Assembly: GCA_963833125.1 (NCBI GenBank)
Contig: CAWHWX010000030.1
Location: 1-53,211 of the forward strand
Direction: 5' to 3'
DNA: 53,211 nt
From: Candidatus Bathyarchaeota archaeon
GTDB lineage: Archaea > Thermoproteota > Bathyarchaeia > 40CM-2-53-6
Shown here: in pieces, positions 39,036 through 47,880 of the stretch
Layout: every line of letters begins with the position of its first letter
Position numbering within the stretch: position 1 is the stretch's first letter
The notes under the pieces: model-generated
The model's input: the letters and a program-made list of their open reading frames with translations, nothing else
Told to the model about the DNA's origin: nothing
The model's database searches: none
Program-made: the position numbers and the translations under genes

Positions 39036-40202
39036 TTGTCAGGCGTAGTTCCATTGTGGAACAAAGCTAGAGATCCGATCCGACTTCTAATGACTCCCGG
39101 CCCCGTCGAAGTATCTCCCCGCGTACTATCAGCCTTAGCAAGGCCCCAGATTTACCACTACTACAAGGGTTTCGTCGATTTCTTCGCTGAAACGACTGAG
39201 AAGATCAGGCAGATCTATCAAACGAAAAATGATGTGCTCATAATGCAAGGAGAAGGCGTGCTCGGCCTCGAGGCTGCAGTGGTCAACACCGTGAACCCTG
39301 GAGACAAGGTGTTAGTGCTGGATAATGGCCCATTCGGAAAATGGTTTGGACTCTACGTCGAAAATGCGGGCGGCAAGCCCGTCTATCTCACGTCCCCCAA
39401 CAACGAGGCGTTCCACCCCGAGAAGCTCAAGGAGAAACTTGACGTCGAGAAGGACATCAAGGCTATGACCGTGGTCCATTGTGAAACTCCCGCAGGGATT
39501 CTGAACCCTGTACAGGACCTTTGTCCGATCGCGAAGAGAAAGGGAATTCTAACGATCGTCGATGCCGTCGCATCGCTCGGCGGTGTCAATGTGCAGCCGG
39601 ACCAATGGGGAATTGACCTTTGCTGCAGCGCTTCCCAGAAGGCGATCTCGTCGTCACCGGGATTGACAATGCTGTCCGTTAGCAAGGACGCTTGGCAGGC
39701 CATCGATGGAAAGACCAAGCCCGTCAAGAATTCGTACCTCAGCATATCTGATTATCGCGATACTTGGTTGAAGGAGAGACGGTTTCCTTTCACACCTATG
39801 GTTTCAGAGGTATACGCCCTCAACGAGGCCGCTGACGAAGTCCTGGAGGAGGGCCTGCAGAATTGCTTCCAGCGACACCACACAGTTGCGAATGCGTGCA
39901 GAGATGGGGCGGAGAAGGCTGGGTTCAAGTTGTGGGCCAAGGGACGAGCGGACGCATCGGATACCGTTACGGCACTACAGATACCCACAGGCGTCACCGA
40001 TGCTGCAATCGTCAAGCACATGGTCGAGAAATATGGGATTCTGATTGGTGGAGGTTACAAGGAAACAAAGGGCGAACTCCTGCGAATCGGCCACATGGGA
40101 TACCAAGCAACCCTCACGAACATTATCACGACAGTCGCGGCACTAGAAGGAACTTTGGCAGACCTCAGAAAAGAGAAGCTGATAACGGTCCCCGCCAAGT
40201 AA
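39036..40202 (+). CDS. Class V aminotransferase, pyridoxamine:pyruvate aminotransferase-like
   Basis: MTPGPV, QGEGVLGLEAA, HCETPAG, DAVAS, SQK, FPFTPMVSE and RIGHMG. Confidence 0.88.
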   Translation: MSGVVPLWNKARDPIRLLMTPGPVEVSPRVLSALARPQIYHYYKGFVDFFAETTEKIRQIYQTKNDVLIMQGEGVLGLEAAVVNTVNPGDKVLVLDNGPFGKWFGLYVENAGGKPVYLTSPNNEAFHPEKLKEKLDVEKDIKAMTVVHCETPAGILNPVQDLCPIAKRKGILTIVDAVASLGGVNVQPDQWGIDLCCSASQKAISSSPGLTMLSVSKDAWQAIDGKTKPVKNSYLSISDYRDTWLKERRFPFTPMVSEVYALNEAADEVLEEGLQNCFQRHHTVANACRDGAEKAGFKLWAKGRADASDTVTALQIPTGVTDAAIVKHMVEKYGILIGGGYKETKGELLRIGHMGYQATLTNIITTVAALEGTLADLRKEKLITVPAK

Positions 40203-40318
40203 ACCGCTCACGTCTCCCTTCGCCATCAAATGGGGTTGGAAGTGATGGTTCACCGAATGTTTCTCATAGTTGACTAACAACTGACGATCAGTTAGGGTGA
40301 CCCAGGCAGCGGGGAGGA

Positions 40319-41326
40319 ATGGCTTTGAAAGTGGGAGTCAGATTGCCGAATTCCGGCCCGCTGGCTCAGGCAGAATCGATCCTGCACAGTGCTGAGCTTG
40401 CCGAGAAACTCAACTATGACTCCGTGTGGGTTCACGACCACATAGTCTGGGGGACGGAACAACACAGGGGTCACCTGTCATCTGGCTCAGCTGAAGCGTT
40501 AGGCCCGTCGCAATTGCCAAACTTCTATGAATCGCTTACCACGTTATCCACAATCGCAGGAAGAACTGATCGAGTAAAGCTTGGAGTAGCAGTAGTCATT
40601 CTTCCACTACGCAATCCAGTGGTCTTCGCGAAACAAACGTCGGTCATAGACGTGCTCTCTGGCGGGAGACTAATCGTAGGGGTTGCACCCGGCGCGCCGA
40701 AAATTACTGAGAAAGAGTTCGAGACAGTCGGGGTTGACTACCATAAGCGTGGAAAAATCACAGACGATTACATTAGAGCTGTGAAGAAACTCTGGACTGA
40801 ACCGCTAGCGACGCACGATGGCAAATTCGTTTCATTCAGGGACGTACAAATGTTTCCGAAACCCTTCCAGAAACCACATCCACCCCTCCTGATTGCCGGA
40901 GGAGAACGAGGACTGAGCGAGATCGCGATAAAGCGAGTGGCGGAGCTCGGTAATGGATGGATCCCTGCATATCTGACCGAGAGCGAGCTGGAGCAAGGGA
41001 CAATACAACTTGAGCTAAGGATGAAGGAGGTTGGAAGGGGGGGTGAGGAGTTGATGGTTGGACTTGAAATGTTTACGGGCATCGGCCAGTCAGAAGACGC
41101 AGCCGAGAAAACCTACTCAGCCACGCTCATGAAGAACTTCGTTTCTGTGGAAGAAGGCATGAAGCGAAGCCTCGTAGGTTCGTCGAGCATTATTGCAAAA
41201 AGACTTGAGGCGTACGAGAGAGTTGGACTGGATTTTGTTGAATTGAAGTTCATGTACTCGACCATTCAACAGTTCCACGATCTGATGACAAAATTTGGAG
41301 AGGACATACTTCCGTCATTCAAATAA
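40319..41326 (+). CDS. LLM-class (luciferase-like) flavin/F420-dependent oxidoreductase
   Basis: AE...YDSVWVHDH, RNPV..AK....D.LSGGR, PKP.QKPHPP and GNGW.P. Confidence 0.9.
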   Translation: MALKVGVRLPNSGPLAQAESILHSAELAEKLNYDSVWVHDHIVWGTEQHRGHLSSGSAEALGPSQLPNFYESLTTLSTIAGRTDRVKLGVAVVILPLRNPVVFAKQTSVIDVLSGGRLIVGVAPGAPKITEKEFETVGVDYHKRGKITDDYIRAVKKLWTEPLATHDGKFVSFRDVQMFPKPFQKPHPPLLIAGGERGLSEIAIKRVAELGNGWIPAYLTESELEQGTIQLELRMKEVGRGGEELMVGLEMFTGIGQSEDAAEKTYSATLMKNFVSVEEGMKRSLVGSSSIIAKRLEAYERVGLDFVELKFMYSTIQQFHDLMTKFGEDILPSFK

Positions 41327-41489
41327 TGCAACTTGGCAAGAAACCGCCCCCCCCACACAGAGTCTTGAACCGACTTCGATTCTTTTAGCGGCCAAGAGTT
41401 CAAGAGATTGATGTCCTAATTCGATTTCGAGAATGTCGTAGGAGTTCGAATTACCCGTGGTAACAGACGGTAATAAAATAAGCAATTGA

Positions 41490-41540
41490 GGTAACGTCAA
41501 CTTGTCGTTTGGTTCGATGAGCTGTAACAAACCGTTTGGT
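41490..41540 (+). repeat. Left terminal inverted repeat with two CGTTTGGT sub-repeats
   Basis: GGTAACGTCAACTTGTCGTTTGGTTCGATGAGCTGTAACAAACCGTTTGGT. Confidence 0.8.
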
Positions 41541-41541
41541 G

Positions 41542-41865
41542 CTATGGGTCGCTTAGTCGCAAGTACTGCTTCTCTAGATCAGGCAGTACTTTCTCCGTCA
41601 AGTCGCGAATCATTATTGTAAGCTCCCCTATCGTTGTCGTTATTTCAATCGGGTTCGAGCCTTTTCCGTCCGTTATGGAGAGAGGTATTCCTGTCGGTAA
41701 GTTAGCCCTCCACATCGTGATAAGTTCGTTCTTCTCGTGAATTCGAGAATACAAGCCTTTCAGGGCATTTTGCAAGCTTTCATCATCAAGTTCACTTAAT
41801 GTAAAGCATCTTGGGAACTTTGGTTCCATCCTAACGGTGCGATAGTAAAACCTCATGGTGCACAA
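41542..41865 (-). CDS. Hypothetical cargo protein
   Basis: 107-aa ORF whose stop abuts the left TIR. Confidence 0.6.
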   Translation of the reverse strand: MCTMRFYYRTVRMEPKFPRCFTLSELDDESLQNALKGLYSRIHEKNELITMWRANLPTGIPLSITDGKGSNPIEITTTIGELTIMIRDLTEKVLPDLEKQYLRLSDP

Positions 41866-41985
41866 ATCAAAGCTACAGGAAACCTAGTTGAATGCGATAA
41901 CTGTAGAGCTTGGGCCAAAGTCAACCTCTAGCAGTATCTTTCTCTACGCAAGCACCTAAATTGGACAGAGCCAAGTTTAGACCTC

Positions 41986-42657
41986 ATGACTGCCCGCGAA
42001 AAACTGGATGAAGCTAAGTTCTTTCTTAGTAAGTTGCGTCAGTTTTCCGAATTTGACTCACAAGGTGAAATTCCGCAGGATGACTTCAAGTATTATAGTT
42101 CTGCTTGTGTTTGGGCTCTCTACGGTTCGTATGACCATTTGCTCTACGACTACGCGAGGAAGTTTTGGCCCAAGTTAGGTACGGACGATTTTCTCACCCG
42201 TGACAATTTGAAATTGGTCGCAAAAGCAACAGAAAACAAAGAAGGACAGGAATTTCTAAAGTGGTATGATAAAGTGCGGGGAAGGATTCAGGAAAACAAG
42301 GATGCAAACACGATAATCAAAGTGCGGAAAGTTGAAGCCCACCGCGCACAAACTCAATATTATTTCATCAATGATTTTACGGTAAGTCTGCACGACGCAG
42401 TTACGGCCTCAGGGGCAATTACAATGGGCGCTTACTCCGGCGAACCTTGGATGGCTAAACCAATCGAAATAGGACCAATACCGAATGTGCCCCCCGTAAT
42501 TCCCATTCCATCATCAATGACGACTGTAAAACGAATTGGACACTTCAGCGGCTATCCTGATAAGCCGGTTGATAAGGTGATAGAAGATACTCTAACTCTT
42601 CTTGACCAAATCGTATCTGAAGCAGAAACTAAGTTCGGCACGCCTCAAGCTAATTGA
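41986..42657 (+). CDS. Hypothetical cargo protein, possible HEPN-fold RNase
   Basis: Helical N-terminus KLDEAKFFL...FKYY.SA and an R-x4-H motif (RKVEAH). The stop abuts the right TIR. Confidence 0.65.
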   Translation: MTAREKLDEAKFFLSKLRQFSEFDSQGEIPQDDFKYYSSACVWALYGSYDHLLYDYARKFWPKLGTDDFLTRDNLKLVAKATENKEGQEFLKWYDKVRGRIQENKDANTIIKVRKVEAHRAQTQYYFINDFTVSLHDAVTASGAITMGAYSGEPWMAKPIEIGPIPNVPPVIPIPSSMTTVKRIGHFSGYPDKPVDKVIEDTLTLLDQIVSEAETKFGTPQAN

Positions 42658-42660
42658 TTT

Positions 42661-42711
42661 ACCAAACGAAATGTTACAGCCTTTCATACCAAACGAGGAC
42701 GTTACGTTACC
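42661..42711 (-). repeat. Right terminal inverted repeat with two CGTTTGGT sub-repeats
   Basis: Reverse complement reads GGTAACGTAACGTCCTCGTTTGGTATGAAAGGCTGTAACATTTCGTTTGGT. Confidence 0.8.
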
Positions 42712-42718
42712 CAATTGA

Positions 42719-42777
42719 GGGTAACGTTACCTTCACGGTGAAATCCGATTAGAATTCCAACTGTTACCTTTCGGTGA
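42719..42777 (+). repeat. End of a second, related element with two GTTACCTT..CGGTGA sub-repeats
   Basis: GGGTAACGTTACC start; GTTACCTTCACGGTGA at 42726-42741 and GTTACCTTTCGGTGA at 42763-42777. Confidence 0.65.
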
Positions 42778-42787
42778 TGGACTGGGC

Positions 42788-43588
42788 TTAGTTTCGGGTT
42801 CTGCGTCTAACTAACCCGTACCCGATTACTATGAAGATTGCGAGCACCGTCAAACCGAAGGGATACTCTGGGATTGGGGGGGTCGGTGCGGGGTTGATGG
42901 CCACGGCAGCCTCAGCCCAAGTAGATCCGCCGCTTAACGTCGCGGGAAAAGTGGACGGAGAAGAGACTGGGTCGGAATACTGTGCAGCAGAACGAGTGCC
43001 AATCGTGTTTGTGTTGGGTGAAAGAGTAAACCCACTTCCATGCGTAACAGTCCCCCCAGCATTTTGCCCTATGATTCCAAGGAGAAAAGCTCCAGCCTGG
43101 AAGGAGACGGAGCCTGCGTCAACCGAAGCACTACTACCGGCATCATGTCCTGAACCCGCTACAGTCGTCATTACGCCTGAAACTTCATAGGCGTACACAT
43201 TCGTCTCTAGTGGACTACCGCTTGGGTTTACGTTGACCGTGTCAGCTCCACTCGTCGTAAGAGTCGCGATGAAAATAGTGACACTCTCAGTACCGTCTTC
43301 TGAAAACGCAACTTGAGTGTATGATCCCCCTGGCCCTGAACCCAAAGTATCGTAGACACGGGTAGGAACAGTAGTGACGTCGTTCATGTAGACGCCCACT
43401 ACTACAACATTTCCGCTTGTAACAGACGAACCAAAAATCGCTCCCACCACAGAACAGGCGGGACTACAGCCACCGGTAGTCTGCTGAACTAGGGTTGCTG
43501 CGGCGTGAACAGGTAACGGACTCGCAACAAGTACAAGCATCATCGTAACCCCAACTAACGTTAACCCAAGCGCCTTATGTCCCATCAA
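42788..43588 (-). CDS. Secreted/surface protein with a PEF-CTERM-like (IPEYP) sorting tail
   Basis: Signal peptide, S/T/G-rich beta body, and PIPEYP-TM-RRR C-terminus. Confidence 0.82.
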   Translation of the reverse strand: MMGHKALGLTLVGVTMMLVLVASPLPVHAAATLVQQTTGGCSPACSVVGAIFGSSVTSGNVVVVGVYMNDVTTVPTRVYDTLGSGPGGSYTQVAFSEDGTESVTIFIATLTTSGADTVNVNPSGSPLETNVYAYEVSGVMTTVAGSGHDAGSSASVDAGSVSFQAGAFLLGIIGQNAGGTVTHGSGFTLSPNTNTIGTRSAAQYSDPVSSPSTFPATLSGGSTWAEAAVAINPAPTPPIPEYPFGLTVLAIFIVIGYGLVRRRTRN

Positions 43589-43691
43589 AATCGGCTCCTA
43601 GTGGACGGCGAGTAGGTTCTGACTATATTACCCTTGTTCTGAATCTCGATTCAAAATTTGACGGTACAACAGTGTCCCGCTGACGAAGACT

Positions 43692-43879
43692 CTAACTTGA
43701 GTTGGTTTTGATAACTCCAGCCACAACGTCACTTGCTCTGAATCAGAGTCAACCACTTATTCTCTCCATCAACTTTGATTCACGCAACTTCCGCAGGAGT
43801 CTTTCCTCCAAGGCCATGTGCGGACGGATATAGTTGTGGAAGATTTGCATTCCTGAAAGAATCGGTGTAACGGCTTTGC
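43692..43879 (-). pseudogene. 3' remnant of a DDE-type integrase/transposase
   Basis: TPILSGMQIFHNYIRPHMAL, then in shifted frames KTPAE and IKVDGENKWLTLIQ, the typical C-terminus of archaeal DDE integrase-core (IS6-like) transposases. Truncated at the aor stop codon. Confidence 0.8.
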
Positions 43880-45718
43880 TTAGAGGAGGTTGAGGTAGCT
43901 GAGTTTTTCTTTGGTTGGGACTCCTTGCTCGTCCCATCCTCTCATTTCGTAGTATGGCCCCAGCATTTTACCGACGTCGCATGTTTGTCCTTTTGAGGTT
44001 CCTTCCGGCATCGGTTCTAGGAACCGGTCCGGAATCGTGTCATCCTTTCTCGTGTAACCTTCCCTGAGGTTGAACAATCTCTCAAGGTTCACGATCCGCT
44101 CACCCACCTTAACCATCTCCGCGTAGGTCTGCTTCATGCCCGTAGCATCACGGATACACCGCTCAATAACTGGGGGGCTGAATCCGAAGTCTAAGCAGAA
44201 ATCGCAGAATACAGCAGAATCAATGGGCGCCGCAGTTGAATCCTGGAAATCTATGACCCATTTCACCTTGCTTAGATCCTCCGAGAAACGATCAACTTTC
44301 TCCGGCATCCCGAAGAGTTCCACGGCTATGGTCCAGCCGTCGTTGTGATCGGCGCCGCGAGATGCAGTTGCATAGTTCAATCCAATTCCCTTCGCGCCCC
44401 TCGGGTCGTAGCCTGGCATCTCAAGCCCCTTAACGTGCATCGCGAACTTCCAAGCGTCGCTACCCAATTTCTCTGCGGCAACCTTGACCCCGTCGGCGAG
44501 TGTATTTCCTATTCCCTCCCTTCGCGCGATTTTCTCAACGAGCCATAAGAGAGCTTCATCGTTTCCAAAGTTCAACTTCATACCCTCAGTTTGTTGATCA
44601 GTTATGATGCCCCGCTCGTAACATTCCATGGCGAAGCCCGTGACCACTCCGGTTGAAATGGTGTCCATCCCATACTGGTCACAAAGAAGGTTGGCATGCG
44701 CTATAGTTTCGAAAGAAGGTATGCCGCAGTTTGCTCCTAGCGCGAATATGTTCTCATGTTCCGGCCTGTCGGTTCTGACGCCGGCGTGTGGGCCATCTTT
44801 AATGTCGATCCATTTTGAGCATAGGACTCTGCATCCCCAGCAGTGAACAAAGCCTCGGTTCGGGTAGTGTGCCTTGATGTAAGTGGCGTCTATCTTGTCT
44901 ACTAAATCGAAATATCCGCTCTGGAAGTTTCGGGTGGGCATGAGGCCCATCTCGTTGACGAATGAGACCGACCCAGTAGTCCCATCCTCTCTAAACGCCT
45001 TCACAACCTCATTGTTATCCACGATCTTTCCTATCCAAAGCAATGTCTCCCGCCAATGATCTCTGTCCAGGAATGTCTCCGCCTTTCCGGTGCCTTGAAC
45101 TGCGAAAGCTTTCAGGTTCTTTGACCCCATTACAGCTCCCGGCCCGCATCTGGCTGCAGCCGCGTGTTTGTCGCTCATTATTGCGGCGATTTTGACCAGG
45201 TGCTCGCCTGCAGGGCCGATTGAAGCTACGCGAATCGTGGGTTTCGAACCCAGCTCAGTCATGACTGCTGCTTCAGTCTCATGAGTGGTCTTGCCCCAGA
45301 GGTGGGACGCGTCCTTGATCTCCACTTGACCGTCGTGGAGGTACGCATAGACTTTCTTCTCCGACTTCCCCTGAATTATTACTCCATCATAACCCGCAAA
45401 TTTGATGTTCGGCCCAAGGTGCCCACCACAGAAACCAACCGAGATCGTCCCCGTCGAAGGAGATTTCATTCCAACAGTATATTTTCCAGTCAGTGGGACA
45501 TTAGTGCCCGCGAGAGGGCCAGTCATGAAGATTAACCGGTTATCAGGTCCAAGTGGGTCTGCATGTGGCGGGAGTTCGTCGTACAGAATTTTTGCGATGA
45601 AACCTCTGCCGCCCATCCACGTCTCGGCGAAATCATTGTCAATTACCTTCTCTGACGTCTCCCCGGTGGTGAGGTCGACGCGAAGAAGCTTGCCCACGTA
45701 GCCCTTGTAATCAGTCAA
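43880..45718 (-). CDS. aor: Aldehyde:ferredoxin oxidoreductase (tungstopterin AOR family)
   Basis: LRVDL, GGRG, KSP.TG, IGPAGE, GAVMGSKNLKA, CWGCRVLC, GMDTIS, YDPR and RGADH. Confidence 0.95.
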   Translation of the reverse strand: MTDYKGYVGKLLRVDLTTGETSEKVIDNDFAETWMGGRGFIAKILYDELPPHADPLGPDNRLIFMTGPLAGTNVPLTGKYTVGMKSPSTGTISVGFCGGHLGPNIKFAGYDGVIIQGKSEKKVYAYLHDGQVEIKDASHLWGKTTHETEAAVMTELGSKPTIRVASIGPAGEHLVKIAAIMSDKHAAAARCGPGAVMGSKNLKAFAVQGTGKAETFLDRDHWRETLLWIGKIVDNNEVVKAFREDGTTGSVSFVNEMGLMPTRNFQSGYFDLVDKIDATYIKAHYPNRGFVHCWGCRVLCSKWIDIKDGPHAGVRTDRPEHENIFALGANCGIPSFETIAHANLLCDQYGMDTISTGVVTGFAMECYERGIITDQQTEGMKLNFGNDEALLWLVEKIARREGIGNTLADGVKVAAEKLGSDAWKFAMHVKGLEMPGYDPRGAKGIGLNYATASRGADHNDGWTIAVELFGMPEKVDRFSEDLSKVKWVIDFQDSTAAPIDSAVFCDFCLDFGFSPPVIERCIRDATGMKQTYAEMVKVGERIVNLERLFNLREGYTRKDDTIPDRFLEPMPEGTSKGQTCDVGKMLGPYYEMRGWDEQGVPTKEKLSYLNLL

Positions 45719-45856
45719 AGGTACCGCGTAGCACGGAAATCAAAACCACTCTATATAACTTATGCCATGTTTTTTCTACAAACCAGAGCAGGAGCGCATC
45801 CATACAATCCTACAGGGCGGAAGACCGACTACTCGAAAAGTCGAGGAGCTATCGTT

Positions 45857-46216
45857 CTACGCGTTTCTTGTGGGAGGATATGCCGGGTGTGAGAACGTGT
45901 ACACCATAACGACGTCCTCGAGCCCATCATTTTTCACACCGTGCGCGGTACCCGGCGGAATGTACACTGCCGAGTTTGGTCCGAACTCGACCTCACCGTC
46001 GGTCAACGTGATCTTTCCCTTCCCCGAAATTATGAAAGCACACTCCTCTTCGGTGTGAACCTTCTTCTCAGTATTCGCTCCAGGCTTGAACGTTGAGAAG
46101 CCCAGCATCATTTTCTTTGTGCCGATGGTATTCTTAGAAAGTAATTCGACGAGCCAGCTTCCGTCGGGGAGTGTGGACCGAACTCCCTGGTCCTGCCGTA
46201 CTACTTTAACTTCCAT
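45857..46216 (-). CDS. Cupin domain protein
   Basis: VH.EEECAFIISG.G and VYIPPGTAHGVKN. Confidence 0.9.
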   Translation of the reverse strand: MEVKVVRQDQGVRSTLPDGSWLVELLSKNTIGTKKMMLGFSTFKPGANTEKKVHTEEECAFIISGKGKITLTDGEVEFGPNSAVYIPPGTAHGVKNDGLEDVVMVYTFSHPAYPPTRNA

Positions 46217-46236
46217 AAAACTTCCCGCCTCGCGAG

Positions 46237-46677
46237 TTAACCGAACTTGTTTATGCTATCCGAACCCTTGACCTCGGCGGTCCAGTGGAATTCCTCACCG
46301 CGATTGACCTTCTCCTGCTCCTCCTCAGCCGCCTTAACTGCCTCGCTTCCACCATCTACCCAAGTTGACCAACCCGCAAGCCAGATGCACAGCGAAACGG
46401 CTTCCTGGACCTCTTTGGGGGTGGCTCCGAGACGAACGGCCTTTCGTGCATGGCTTCGGCCCTTCTCACCGCGGCCAGTTGCCACCTCAATAGCGGTAAT
46501 GATTAGCTCCTTGTATTTTTCGGGTACAGCACCCTCTACGCCCTTTGGCGGTAGAGTTGCCTTTCGAATCTTGATAAAACCTTCAACGATTTCTGGGCTA
46601 TACTTATCCATGTGTTCGAAGACGGGATGCATCCGCCCGAATTTTTCGAGAATATACTTCTTCGTCTCCTCGTTCAA
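46237..46677 (-). CDS. Carboxymuconolactone decarboxylase (CMD) family protein
   Basis: KYKELI..AI and H.RKA.RLGAT.KEV.EA; no CxxC. Confidence 0.85.
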   Translation of the reverse strand: MNEETKKYILEKFGRMHPVFEHMDKYSPEIVEGFIKIRKATLPPKGVEGAVPEKYKELIITAIEVATGRGEKGRSHARKAVRLGATPKEVQEAVSLCIWLAGWSTWVDGGSEAVKAAEEEQEKVNRGEEFHWTAEVKGSDSINKFG

Positions 46678-46796
46678 AGCAGATCGATACCGTATCAGTG
46701 TTCAATAACTTAGGTTTTCGCGGTAATCGTTTCTATGAGCGCATCATATGCGGTGGGCTTAAATAATCTCAGTTAACGCGGACTCTGTGGGTCTTT

Positions 46797-47795
46797 ATGG
46801 TTTCATTCGAAGCTGCAATTAAGGAAGCTAAACTCGCAATCGATCACTGCTACTCGGTCAAGAAAGGAGAGAACGTAGCGATTCTGACCGACCAGGATCA
46901 TATGGTTGAGGCAAAAGCCTTGGCCTCTGTAGCTGGGCAGGTGGGCGCTAACGTAGTACTACTCGACGCGTCTGCCTATGTTCAAGCCGGAATGCTCATC
47001 GCAGGAATTCCAGAACCTCCAACCCACATCTCCTCGCTAATGGAGAAAACCCAGGTGTTCATAATCAAAACCGACATGGATTTCGCACACAGGTTCGCTC
47101 ACACCGAATCCGCACGAATTATCGAACGTAACAAGGGAAGAATCGCTTCCGTCGAGGAAGACATGGGTACGTGGGGAATCGACTACGATTACTTACTTGA
47201 AACGAAGGAACGAACCGCGAAATTGGGAGCGGTTACTGGCAAAGCGGACAAGATACGGGTCACTTCGGCGAAGGGCACTGATGTGACTTTCTCGATAAAG
47301 AACCGCCCAGCTCTCGTAATCGTGCCGCAACGCGCACCTGGAGACGTAATGTCCCCCCTCCCACTCTGGGGTGAGGTTGCGCATTCAATAATCGAAGATA
47401 CAGGCAATGGGACAGTAGTCGCAGACGGTATTGCGAATGCAGTCGCGAACAACGGACTCAAGGAACCAATCAAATACAAGGTGAAAGACGGACGCGCCTT
47501 CGACTACCAAGGAGGAGACGAAGCAAAACGGTGGGAAGCGATCATAAAATCTGCAGACGAAAACGCGAACATCCTTTGCGAGTTCGCAGTTGGCACCGGC
47601 CGGAGAGAACGTTGGAACACTGTTTCGGAGAAAGGTGCTCTAGGAACCATGCATTTAGCCCTAGGCGAGAATGCTGGACCATACCCGGGCGGAAAGAGCC
47701 ACAGCAAAGTGCACTTAGACGTGACGATTCGATTTCCAACAATCGAAGCCGACGGCAGGACCATAGTCGAGAAAGGCGTAATCACGCTAGACTAG
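46797..47795 (+). CDS. Thermophilic metalloprotease M29 / leucyl aminopeptidase-like protein (the fold also includes NicX)
   Basis: KGENVAILTD, GTDVTF, GEV, EFAVG, GTMHLALGEN and HLD. Confidence 0.8.
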   Translation: MVSFEAAIKEAKLAIDHCYSVKKGENVAILTDQDHMVEAKALASVAGQVGANVVLLDASAYVQAGMLIAGIPEPPTHISSLMEKTQVFIIKTDMDFAHRFAHTESARIIERNKGRIASVEEDMGTWGIDYDYLLETKERTAKLGAVTGKADKIRVTSAKGTDVTFSIKNRPALVIVPQRAPGDVMSPLPLWGEVAHSIIEDTGNGTVVADGIANAVANNGLKEPIKYKVKDGRAFDYQGGDEAKRWEAIIKSADENANILCEFAVGTGRRERWNTVSEKGALGTMHLALGENAGPYPGGKSHSKVHLDVTIRFPTIEADGRTIVEKGVITLD

Positions 47796-47880
47796 CCCCT
47801 GAATGAGAGTCTCCGTAATCTTAGAAATTATCCATCAGCCCGCCACCCTTTACTATATCAAAGTGTGAGCGGTCTCCTAC

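Larger units (their letters stand above)
41483..42718. mobile_element. Non-autonomous cargo cassette: 51-bp imperfect terminal inverted repeats and a flanking 7-bp direct repeat CAATTGA
   Basis: 41490..41540 versus the reverse complement of 42661..42711 is 38/51 identical without gaps, both starting GGTAACGT. CAATTGA occurs at 41483-41489 and 42712-42718. Confidence 0.8.

Noticed and set aside
41363-41405. 8-bp inverted repeat TCTTGAAC/GTTCAAGA after the LLM gene
   Set aside because: Short, with a long loop, and unrelated to the cassette ends; could be chance.
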